From Bacteroidales bacterium (GTDB lineage: Bacteria > Bacteroidota > Bacteroidia > Bacteroidales > UBA932), in contig JAFZXV010000087.1 in assembly GCA_017616595.1 (NCBI GenBank), forward strand, positions 1,385 to 65,384: a stretch of 64,000 bases of DNA, given 5' to 3'. The notes beneath the pieces are model-generated. The model was given only the letters and a program-made list of their open reading frames with translations. It was not told the DNA's origin and ran no database searches. Shown here piece after piece: positions 30,206-38,793 of this stretch; within the stretch, counting starts at the first letter, position 1; the number at the start of each line of letters is the position of its first letter. The position numbers were made by a program, and so were the translations under genes.

Positions 30206-32662
30206 ATGAAAAAGACACTCATTATCGCAGCCCTCGCAGCTGCCGCATTCGCAGTTTCTTGCCAGAACGAAGTTGTTGTCGACGCCCCTCAGGACGGAAT
30301 CGCGCACGACTACCGTACCGTTACCCTTCAACTCCCCGTCCCCGACACCAAAATTAATATTTCCGAAACGGATGGCAAGGTAAAATGGGTAGCCGGAGAC
30401 CAGATTATTGTCCACGGTAAGCTTGTCTCTGAAATGCAGACAATTACGCTGACCGCATCAGACATCTCAGCCGATGGCCTTTCGGCGCAGATCACTTTCG
30501 ACGCCAGCATCGAGCCTTATGGCGACCATGATTTTTACGCTCAGTACCCGGCGTCGGCAGTACACCCTTCAAGTTCCTCTAATGCATATCATTATTGCGA
30601 GTTTAACGATACGAACAAGCCCTTGATGGGTGCATATCTGGACAAAGAGGCCAACGCGTTCATCTTCTGCAATCTCTGCGCGGTTCTTTCCTTCAAGGTA
30701 AGTGGAGATTATGATTCTTATGAGTTTGTAGGAAACAACGAAGAAGTTGTCGGTTACAAACAGTATGGAATCAAGAGGCACGTCACCGATACTTATGTGA
30801 GGACTCCCGGCGAGGCACTCAACTCCATTTCAGGCCCTGTCGTCGCAGACGGCAGCACTCCTAATCTTATTTGCCTTGCTCCTACTTATTCTGCCGAATC
30901 TTCAAGTAAGACAGTCTTCTCCGAAGGCTTCTCAATCAGGTTAAAGAAAAATGGAGTCATCGTAAAGGAAGCCAAAACCGTTAAAGAACAGACTGTCAAG
31001 AGAAATCAGTACGTTCTTCTTGGCGACATCACAGGCATACTTACTGATTATGTTCCCGAAGCTCATCATTCTTCCATCACCGGAGCTACCGACCTTGGTG
31101 CATCCGAGACTGCAAACTGCTACGTTATTACCGCTCCCGGTTCTTACAAGATTCCGGTAGTCAAGGGCAACAGCAACGAATCCGCAGGCACAAGGGCCAA
31201 AACAAAACTCCTTTGGGAAACCTATAACAACGACCAGGATGTGGTTAAGAACAGCGTAATTGCAGCTGTCGATTATGACGATGACGACAATTACGTTTAC
31301 TTCAAGACTCCCGGCTCCCTCCAGCCCGGCAACGCCCTTATCGCTGCTGTGGACGAAGATGAAAACATCATCTGGAGTTGGCACATCTGGATTCCTTCAT
31401 CTCCGATTCAGACGATTGGTGATTATAAAGTTTCCACCAAGTACCTCATGGACCGCAACCTGGGCGCCCTGACCGGAGAAGCCGGAGAGAATGGTATGAA
31501 CTACGGTATGCTCTATCAGTGGGGCCGCAAGGACCCGAGAGTTGGCCTGGATGGAAACGGCGGAACAAGCTATGCCAAGACTGCCCCGGCTGGAGCTATC
31601 AGCGCTGTCAATATCGAAAATCGCAGCAAAACCGTTCTTGATGCCATTCAGAATCCTACCGTTTTCTACAACAACTGCCACGTCTGGTATGATTCCGCCA
31701 ATGAAGAAGAAGAGCTTTGGGCTCCGACAAAGACAATCTATGATCCCTGCCCGGCCGGTTGGGTCGTTCCTGAGAAGAATGCCATTTCTACTGGCCCTTC
31801 TGTTGAGGATGCAACGAATGGTGGCGTTACTGTAGGCAGTGTCTACTTCCCTGGTACCGGCGGCGCATCCAGATACACTGGAACTTGGAAAGAAGGCAAC
31901 ACCTTCCTTTGGAGTTGCACGACTTACCCCGGCTCCGATAATTCAAAAGAACGTGCAAACTGGTTCTTATTCAAAGACGCAGAATCTGCAGGCTTTGACG
32001 TCAAAGAATACAAAACCACCGCTGTTCCGGTCCGCTGCGTCAAGATTGATGGAGAAGTACCCGCTCCGGATTTAGCAGGCGCAACAAGTGTCGTCCTTGA
32101 CGGCAGTTTCGGCGATTGGGCAGATGCCGATACCATTACAGAAAGTGGAGACATCAAGGAGTGGAAATTCGGCTCTGACGCCAGCAACATCTACTTCTAC
32201 TTCAAGATCCCGCTTACAAGCATCAAAGCGGGCAAAGAGGAAACTTATGAAGATGGTCTGGGTTATCCTTTCAGGGATAGACGATACATTTACCTCGCCA
32301 TCAATACCGATAACGACGAGGCAACCGGCAGTGCGGCCAGCGCAGGTGGCCTGTCAATCACAGGCTGTGAAGCGCAAGCCCTGGTATTCCCGTTCAGAGG
32401 CTATGCCAGTACAGCCGAGGGCCTCGGTACTGAGGGTCTGGAATTCGTCAATGGTGTTGATGAAAACGGCTGGATCGAAAATCCTGTCGACACCAAGAAT
32501 GAGGGTAAAATCACCGCTTTCGGTTCTGCTGATGGAACCTATGCCTATCTTGAGATTGGCGTTCCCAGAGACAAAATCGGAAGCCCCGCCAATGGCAAAA
32601 TGAAGATTCAGTTCTCGTTCAGCTGGAACCTTACTTCTGAGAAGGTCTTCATTGTTAAGTAA
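30206..32662 (+). CDS. Pilin-like + ANCY lectin-like + C-terminal DOMON/CBM9-like lipoprotein
   Basis: Start MKKTLII...AVSC after AGGAGG; DTKIN...WVAGDQI; ANCYVI...PVRCV; LDGSFGDW...NIYFYF. Confidence 0.7.
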   Translation: MKKTLIIAALAAAAFAVSCQNEVVVDAPQDGIAHDYRTVTLQLPVPDTKINISETDGKVKWVAGDQIIVHGKLVSEMQTITLTASDISADGLSAQITFDASIEPYGDHDFYAQYPASAVHPSSSSNAYHYCEFNDTNKPLMGAYLDKEANAFIFCNLCAVLSFKVSGDYDSYEFVGNNEEVVGYKQYGIKRHVTDTYVRTPGEALNSISGPVVADGSTPNLICLAPTYSAESSSKTVFSEGFSIRLKKNGVIVKEAKTVKEQTVKRNQYVLLGDITGILTDYVPEAHHSSITGATDLGASETANCYVITAPGSYKIPVVKGNSNESAGTRAKTKLLWETYNNDQDVVKNSVIAAVDYDDDDNYVYFKTPGSLQPGNALIAAVDEDENIIWSWHIWIPSSPIQTIGDYKVSTKYLMDRNLGALTGEAGENGMNYGMLYQWGRKDPRVGLDGNGGTSYAKTAPAGAISAVNIENRSKTVLDAIQNPTVFYNNCHVWYDSANEEEELWAPTKTIYDPCPAGWVVPEKNAISTGPSVEDATNGGVTVGSVYFPGTGGASRYTGTWKEGNTFLWSCTTYPGSDNSKERANWFLFKDAESAGFDVKEYKTTAVPVRCVKIDGEVPAPDLAGATSVVLDGSFGDWADADTITESGDIKEWKFGSDASNIYFYFKIPLTSIKAGKEETYEDGLGYPFRDRRYIYLAINTDNDEATGSAASAGGLSITGCEAQALVFPFRGYASTAEGLGTEGLEFVNGVDENGWIENPVDTKNEGKITAFGSADGTYAYLEIGVPRDKIGSPANGKMKIQFSFSWNLTSEKVFIVK

Positions 32663-32689
32663 CTTTCGTAGTTATTAACCATTATTTGA

Positions 32690-32730
32690 AGAGGTCGACT
32701 GAAAATGGTCGGCCTCTATTTTATTTCTTT
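32690..32730 (+). terminator. Rho-independent terminator
   Basis: agaggtcgact-gaaaat-ggtcggcctct stem followed by a T-rich tail. Confidence 0.7.
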
Positions 32731-32832
32731 TTCGCTTATTACAACCAAAAATACGCAATTTGCGTGGGCTGATCGGTGGAAAAGGCTAATTTTGCAATAT
32801 TGCGTAATACGCACTTAACGATACACTGAGAT

Positions 32833-35523
32833 ATGGCTATAAGAATCTATCATCCAATTGTTCTGGCTGCTGTTTTGGCGGCATTGGCAATGTCTTCCTG
32901 CAGTAAAGAGATTCCCGGTCTGGCCGGGAATGACGGAATGGGAGCCGGGAATGACGGAATGGGGGCCGGGAATGACGTGGCGCAGGCCGAGACCGGCGAG
33001 GCGAGGACCTTTACCTGCGTAATTGAGGAGCCGGATGGCACTAAGCTGAGCATTTCCAACCAGGGTAAGACCCGTTGGGAAGAAGGAGACCAGATTCTCA
33101 TAAATGCCGGCTCGGGCGGCAACACGCGTGAGACCGTTACCCTAAAGGCAAGCGACATCAGCGCAGACGGCAAAACGGCCTCGATAACCATCACCATCCC
33201 CCCTTACGAGCACACGCACTATCAGACTGGCCTTCGCGACGACGTAAGCACCTACTATGCAATGTATCCCGCAGACGCCGTGGCTCCACTGCCGCTCTAC
33301 TACAACCAGGCGTACTCCAACACCAACGCTCCGCTGATGGCAGGGTGCAACAAAGACAACAGAATAGTCTTCTACAACGTCTGCGGCATCATATCGTTCA
33401 CCGTCTCCGGCAGCTTCGACAGCTATATCTTCTCCGGCAACAACGACGAGACAGTTGCCTACGACGTGTATCAGTGCCGCGTAAGGGACACCGGCAGCGG
33501 TCCGGAGCTCACCTCCCCAAAAACGGCAGACAGCTATCAGACTCTCACGCCCCAGACAACGGTAAGCGGATCTGTGGTGGCAGACGGCAGCACCGTCAAC
33601 TACGTGTGCATCCCCAACGGGGTAAGCTTCTCCAAAGGCTTCACCTTCAAGTTCCTGCAAGGCGACAACCTGGTCAAGGTTGCCACCACCGACACCAAAG
33701 TCAGCATCGGCCGCAGCAAGCTGCTGCCCCTCGGCAACATCACCTCCCATCTGGAGGATCCGTCGGCGGCAGAATTGCACAAATCGGAAATCGACCTTAA
33801 TTCGGCAACCGACCTGGGCGCATCCGAGACGGCAAACTGCTACATCGTCTCCGCCCCCGGCAACTACAAGTTCAAGGCGGTCAAGGGCAACAGCACGACC
33901 TCAGTGGGCACCATGGCCGGCGTGGAGCTCCTTTGGGAGACCTACAACAACGCCACCGCTCCCGAGAAGAACAGCGTCATAGAGGCCGTAGACTTTGAGG
34001 GACAGTGGATTGCGTTCAGCACTCCCGCCAGCCTGCAGCCGGGCAACGCCCTCATCGCCGCAAAGAGCGCAAGCGGCACCATCCTCTGGAGCTGGCACAT
34101 CTGGATTCCGGAAACGAGCATCGAGAGCAGCACGTACGACATTTCGTCGCACCTGATGATGGACCGCAACCTCGGAGCCCTGGTAACGGCAGGCACCGGT
34201 GCGGTTGAGGCAAACGGCCTCCTGTACCAGTGGGGCCGCAAAGATCCGTTCGTCGGCTTAGGCGCACACGGCAGCTCCGGCAAAGCAAAGGTGGCCGGAA
34301 CAGCCATGAGCGTGAGCAGCGCCGCCGCAAACGGCATCAGCGAGGGCATCGCCAATCCCACCAGATTCATAGTAGGAACCGGCTCAAACAACAACCATGA
34401 CTGGCTGATGACTTCCGACGCAACGCTTTGGGGAACCACCAAGACCATCCACGACCCCTGCCCTCCGGGATGGAAAGTGCCGGACTACAAAGAAGCGACT
34501 CCTTTCACTACCCAGGCACACACCCTCAACGGCTTCAACTACGACGCCGGCAACTACTGCATGACGGTTGGGTCCGCCGTGTTCCCTCTTACGGGATATC
34601 TGTACTACACAACCGGCAATATGTATAAATACGACACTTCCGCCAATGTCTGGACCTCCCACAGCAGCACGGGCTCCAGCATCGGCCTGGCGATATGGAT
34701 GTCGGTTGAGGCTGCAGACAACTCCAACAACTGGTCTGAGCGCAAATCCCGCGGCTGCTCGGTGCGGTGCGTATCCCACGACATAGCCCCGTTTGAAAAC
34801 GAGCCCGGAATGCCTGTACAGGGCGGCTATACCAAGATTCAGTTCGACAGCAGCATCCAGGAGCTTTCCGGTATCTGCTTCAGCAAAGACAAAGATTTCA
34901 TCTGGGGTGTAGGCGACGAGGGAGACATCTTCAAGATTTACCTCGACTGGACTAAGTCCGCCATAACACTCAAGAGTATAAGCATCTATAAATCAACAGG
35001 TTCCGACCTTGAAGACGTTACGCTCAACCCCAACACAGGAGACCTTTACTTTGCCAAGGAGCCAGACCGCGTTGATAAGATGGCCGCAACCAGCTACAGC
35101 AGCAAGACACAGGCTTTCTACGTTGCAGACGCCGCCAACTTTGGCAACTCGGGGCTCGAGGGAATCGCCTGGTATAAAGACAACACCCTGTACGTAGGAG
35201 CCCAGACCGGCGCAACCCTGTGGAAGTACCAGCTCGACGGCACTCTTATATGGACTAAGAAACTCGGAGACATCACGCCTTGGATTACCGAGGTCGGCGG
35301 CCTGTGCTACGACATCAAGAACGACTGGCTCTGGGTTGCCGATTCCGAGGCACAGAAACTCTTTGTGTTCAACGGCGAGGTTACCAAGCTGCTTGCAATG
35401 TACGACGTTAAATCGGTTGGCAACGCCGAGTCAGTAATGGTCGTGCCCGAATACAATTGCGTGCTGGTTGGCGACGACGGCAGCACCTCCAAGATATACA
35501 AATATAGCTTTACCGGACTGTAA
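32833..35523 (+). CDS. Pilin-like + ANCY lectin-like + SdiA-regulated propeller lipoprotein
   Basis: MSSC lipobox; GTKLS...WEEGDQI; ANCYIV...SVRCV; ELSGICF propeller closely similar to the gene at 6890. Confidence 0.75.
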   Translation: MAIRIYHPIVLAAVLAALAMSSCSKEIPGLAGNDGMGAGNDGMGAGNDVAQAETGEARTFTCVIEEPDGTKLSISNQGKTRWEEGDQILINAGSGGNTRETVTLKASDISADGKTASITITIPPYEHTHYQTGLRDDVSTYYAMYPADAVAPLPLYYNQAYSNTNAPLMAGCNKDNRIVFYNVCGIISFTVSGSFDSYIFSGNNDETVAYDVYQCRVRDTGSGPELTSPKTADSYQTLTPQTTVSGSVVADGSTVNYVCIPNGVSFSKGFTFKFLQGDNLVKVATTDTKVSIGRSKLLPLGNITSHLEDPSAAELHKSEIDLNSATDLGASETANCYIVSAPGNYKFKAVKGNSTTSVGTMAGVELLWETYNNATAPEKNSVIEAVDFEGQWIAFSTPASLQPGNALIAAKSASGTILWSWHIWIPETSIESSTYDISSHLMMDRNLGALVTAGTGAVEANGLLYQWGRKDPFVGLGAHGSSGKAKVAGTAMSVSSAAANGISEGIANPTRFIVGTGSNNNHDWLMTSDATLWGTTKTIHDPCPPGWKVPDYKEATPFTTQAHTLNGFNYDAGNYCMTVGSAVFPLTGYLYYTTGNMYKYDTSANVWTSHSSTGSSIGLAIWMSVEAADNSNNWSERKSRGCSVRCVSHDIAPFENEPGMPVQGGYTKIQFDSSIQELSGICFSKDKDFIWGVGDEGDIFKIYLDWTKSAITLKSISIYKSTGSDLEDVTLNPNTGDLYFAKEPDRVDKMAATSYSSKTQAFYVADAANFGNSGLEGIAWYKDNTLYVGAQTGATLWKYQLDGTLIWTKKLGDITPWITEVGGLCYDIKNDWLWVADSEAQKLFVFNGEVTKLLAMYDVKSVGNAESVMVVPEYNCVLVGDDGSTSKIYKYSFTGL
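32908..32976 (-). repeat. Family A hairpin plus 21-bp arm repeats, in-frame
   Basis: gagattcccggtctggccgggaatgac, then gccgggaatgac recurring at 32923, 32944 and 32965. Confidence 0.88.
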
Positions 35524-37502
35524 TGGCTTTCTTTAGGGTATTCTTTGCCGTTTTGGGCCTGCTGGGGGCGGCGGCGTGCGGCCGGCAGGAGATTCCCGAT
35601 CAGGTCGGGAATGACGGACTCGTTGTCGGGAATGACGCAAACGTTGCAGGGAATGACGGACTCGTTGTCGGGAACGACGGCATGCTCACGTTTACGTGCG
35701 AGATTGCGGACGCGGCTGATACGCGGCTGAGCATCGACGGTGCGGGCAAGACGCGGTGGGAGCCGGGAGACCAGATCCTGCTGCACGGAGATTACACTAA
35801 CTCCTCCTGCAGCGCCACGGTAACGCTCACTGCAGACAACATCTCCGACGACGGCAAAAAGGCCACCTTCACCTGCCCGTCCTTCACCGTATCTTCCCAT
35901 TCCGGCACCAAAGGATACCTGAGCACAATCTACGCCGGCTACCCCGCTTCCGCCGTCAAGAAGAACGAGCACTGCTACTACTATACTAACTTCACCTCTA
36001 CCAACTATCCGCTGATGGCGGCGTTCAACGTGGGCAATTCCCTTAAGTTCTACAACCTCTGCGGGGTGATTTCCTTCTGCGTGAGCGGCGATTTTGACAA
36101 GTACGAGTTCGTAGGCAACAACGGAGAGACAGTGGGTTACACCTATTACCGCTCCTACCTTGTACAGAAGGGCGACGAGAGCTACAGGCTGGAATATAAT
36201 TACGCCACGGACGGCGGCACCTCCGGCCCCCTTACGAGCATTTCCGCCCCTGTGGCGGCAGACGGCAGCAAAGTCAACTACATCGGCATTCCGGCAGGAG
36301 CGAATTTCTCCGGAGGCTTCACCATCCGCTTCCTTAAGGGCAGCAGCGTGGTTAATGTGGTTTCGACCACCAAATCGGTAAACCTCTCTCGCAACAAACT
36401 CCTGCCGCTGGGCGACATAACAGCTCGCTTGTCCGACCCCGGCGACGATCCAGGCCAGGGGGAGGAAGTCGGCAAGCTCTGCAAGGAGGAATGCCTCGGC
36501 CAGAAGCCTATGGTCATCGCCTATCTGACCGAATACACATCCAAGACATCGCTTGACCCCACTTACGTGACGCACATCAACTATGCCCACGGGCGCTTTG
36601 TCAACCCCACCACGGGCGACGGAGGCCTCTACATCGAGGAGGGCAGCGGACTGATGACCAAAGTGCTGGCCCTCAAGACCCAGAAGCCCACGCTCAAGGT
36701 GCTCCTGATGATAGGCGGATGGGGTTCCAAGGCCGACGGCTTCTCCATGATGGCGCGCGACGCAGACAAGCGCACCCTCTTCTGCACGGAGTGCAAGAGG
36801 CTCATCGACACTTATGGCTTCGACGGCATAGACATAGACTGGGAGTACCCTGGCGGAGGCCCGTCGACCAACGGCAAGAGCTCCAGCGACGCCGCCAACT
36901 TCAACCTGGTACTCAAGGAGTTGCGGCAGACCATCGGAGACACCAAGATCATCTCCTTTGCATCTTCTTCCAGCGCCGGATATGTGTCCTGGGCAGGGGC
37001 GATGGAGTATCTGGACTACGTCAACGTGATGACTTACGACATGGGCGACCCGCCCAAGCACAACTCGCCGCTGTATAAGTCCAGCACCTTCAACCAGCGC
37101 AGCTGCGAAGAGAGCATCAATCTGCACAAGAACAAGGGAATACCCCTGGACCGCATGAACCTCGGCGTGCCGTTCTACGGCCACGGCACAGATCCATATG
37201 CCGACGACGTGAAGTACAACGAGATGGCCTCCATCCTCAACAATAACTATTATGCCTCGGGCAAGGTGGACGTAACGGGCAAGAACATCTACCGCTGGGA
37301 CGATGTGGCCAAAGTTCCGTACCTTGTAGACACTTCGGGCAACATCCTCCTCTGCTACGACGACGCCGAGTCCGTTGAGTGGAAGGGCAAGTTCGTGCGC
37401 GAGAAAGGCCTCCTTGGCGCCATGTTCTGGGAGTACCGCCACGACGATTCCGCCGGCACGCTCCGCCGCACGCTCTACAACGCCGTTTACAATCCGGAAT
37501 AA
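35523..37502 (+). CDS. Fimbrillin/pilin-like domain fused to GH18
   Basis: AAAC lipobox; N-terminal domain near-identical to the gene at 26039; GH18 DGIDIDWEYP most similar to the gene at 189. Confidence 0.82.
   Translation: MAFFRVFFAVLGLLGAAACGRQEIPDQVGNDGLVVGNDANVAGNDGLVVGNDGMLTFTCEIADAADTRLSIDGAGKTRWEPGDQILLHGDYTNSSCSATVTLTADNISDDGKKATFTCPSFTVSSHSGTKGYLSTIYAGYPASAVKKNEHCYYYTNFTSTNYPLMAAFNVGNSLKFYNLCGVISFCVSGDFDKYEFVGNNGETVGYTYYRSYLVQKGDESYRLEYNYATDGGTSGPLTSISAPVAADGSKVNYIGIPAGANFSGGFTIRFLKGSSVVNVVSTTKSVNLSRNKLLPLGDITARLSDPGDDPGQGEEVGKLCKEECLGQKPMVIAYLTEYTSKTSLDPTYVTHINYAHGRFVNPTTGDGGLYIEEGSGLMTKVLALKTQKPTLKVLLMIGGWGSKADGFSMMARDADKRTLFCTECKRLIDTYGFDGIDIDWEYPGGGPSTNGKSSSDAANFNLVLKELRQTIGDTKIISFASSSSAGYVSWAGAMEYLDYVNVMTYDMGDPPKHNSPLYKSSTFNQRSCEESINLHKNKGIPLDRMNLGVPFYGHGTDPYADDVKYNEMASILNNNYYASGKVDVTGKNIYRWDDVAKVPYLVDTSGNILLCYDDAESVEWKGKFVREKGLLGAMFWEYRHDDSAGTLRRTLYNAVYNPE
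35589..35681 (-). repeat. Family A hairpin plus 21-bp arm repeats, in-frame
   Basis: gagattcccgatcaggtcgggaatgac, then gggaaYgac with a 21-bp period (units at 35604, 35625, 35646, 35667). Confidence 0.88.
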
Positions 37503-37507
37503 CAATC

Positions 37508-37534
37508 GTCATACCCGACCCGCTCGGGTATCTC
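37508..37534 (+). repeat. Family A hairpin, intergenic
   Basis: gtcatacccgacccgctcgggtatctc. Confidence 0.85.
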
Positions 37535-37617
37535 ATTGAAAATTAGCCGCTTAGCTTTCGACCTCTGGGAGATTTTCCCAGAGGTCGAAACGTATGTGGC
37601 TGAGGGTCAGTAGATTA
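37529..37617. repeat. Family C element: central hairpin flanked by two 25-bp dyad sites, copy 1
   Basis: tttcgacctctggga-gattt-tcccagaggtcgaaa at 37556-37590; dyads at 37529-37553 and 37593-37617. Confidence 0.7.
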
Positions 37618-38209
37618 GCAATCCCAGCACCGCGCCGGCGAGGATGATGAGGATGGGGTTGACGCGCCCCCAGAAGGAGGCAGCAAAGGCGGCGGCGAGC
37701 AGGAGCCAGCTTTTCCAGTCTGCAAAGTTCTCCCGCACCACCGCAACGCTCGGCACGCAGCCGGTCCAGGTGGTCTTGAGCACGAGGATGACGGCGGCGG
37801 CGGCAATCAGCCCCACAACCGTGGGCCGGAGCCACCCCATCGTGCCCTCGTAGAGCTTGCTGCCGCGGAACCGCGTGTAGAACTTTACTATCAGCAGCAC
37901 TATCAAGAACGACGGCAGGATGAGCGCGAGCGTGGCCACGGCGGACCCGAAAACACCCACCCAATGCAGCCCCGTGGCCTGGAACAGGACATCGTAACCC
38001 ACATAGGTAGCGGCATTTATGCCGATGGGGCCGGGGGTCATCTGAGACACGGCAACCACGTCCGTGAAGGCGCTCTCCGTCATCCAGCCGTGGGAAACGA
38101 CCACCTCGTTCTGCAGCAGAGACAGCATCGCATACCCGCCGCCGACTGTAAAGGCACCGATGACGAAGAACGTGGCGGCAATCTGGAGGAGGAGGGCTAT
38201 CGTTTCCAT
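37607..38209 (-). CDS. chrA: Chromate transporter (CHR family, short chain)
   Basis: GAFTVGGGYAM and SQMTPGPIGINAATYVG motifs. Confidence 0.88.
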   Translation of the reverse strand: METIALLLQIAATFFVIGAFTVGGGYAMLSLLQNEVVVSHGWMTESAFTDVVAVSQMTPGPIGINAATYVGYDVLFQATGLHWVGVFGSAVATLALILPSFLIVLLIVKFYTRFRGSKLYEGTMGWLRPTVVGLIAAAAVILVLKTTWTGCVPSVAVVRENFADWKSWLLLAAAFAASFWGRVNPILIILAGAVLGLLIY

Positions 38210-38757
38210 CGGCGTTCGTTAAGATAGGTTACACCGAAGCCCAGCGCCAGCACGCACAGCAGAATCCAGATGGGCGACACGCCGAGGAAGGCCACCAGCA
38301 CCAGCGCCAGCACCGCCAGGAGCCACTTCCACCAGGTGGTGCAGGACTTGCGGGCCATATCGACCATGGGCACCAGAATCAGAGAAATGACCACCGGACG
38401 TATGCCCTTGAACGCACGGACTACCCAGGGGTTGTCTTTGAAAGCGTTGAAGAACATGGCGATGGCGAGGATGATGAGGAACGACGGGGTGATGCTGCCG
38501 AGCGTGGCGGCAACGCTGCCCCTGATGCCGCGCAGCCTGTATCCGGCAAAGATGGAGATGTTTACCGCCATGACGCCCGGTGCGCTCTGGGAGAGGGCCA
38601 CTATGTCCGGCAGCTCGTCTTCCGAGATCCACCCGCGGGAAGCCATCTCGCGCCGGATGATGGGAATCATCGCATAGCCGCCGCCTATGGTGAAGGCGCC
38701 GATTTTGGCAAAGACGGTGAATATCTTCCAGAGGGGGACCTGTTTGCGCTCGTCCAT
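38197..38757 (-). CDS. chrA: Chromate transporter (CHR family, short chain)
   Basis: KIGAFTIGGGYAM and SQSAPGVMAVN motifs. Confidence 0.88.
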   Translation of the reverse strand: MDERKQVPLWKIFTVFAKIGAFTIGGGYAMIPIIRREMASRGWISEDELPDIVALSQSAPGVMAVNISIFAGYRLRGIRGSVAATLGSITPSFLIILAIAMFFNAFKDNPWVVRAFKGIRPVVISLILVPMVDMARKSCTTWWKWLLAVLALVLVAFLGVSPIWILLCVLALGFGVTYLNERRWKR

Positions 38758-38793
38758 AACACAAAAGTAGCGATTTTTTGCTATTTTTGCGAT

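Noticed and set aside
22952-35523. Complete diversity-generating retroelement
   Set aside because: No reverse transcriptase and no template repeat with adenine-specific mismatches was seen in the window
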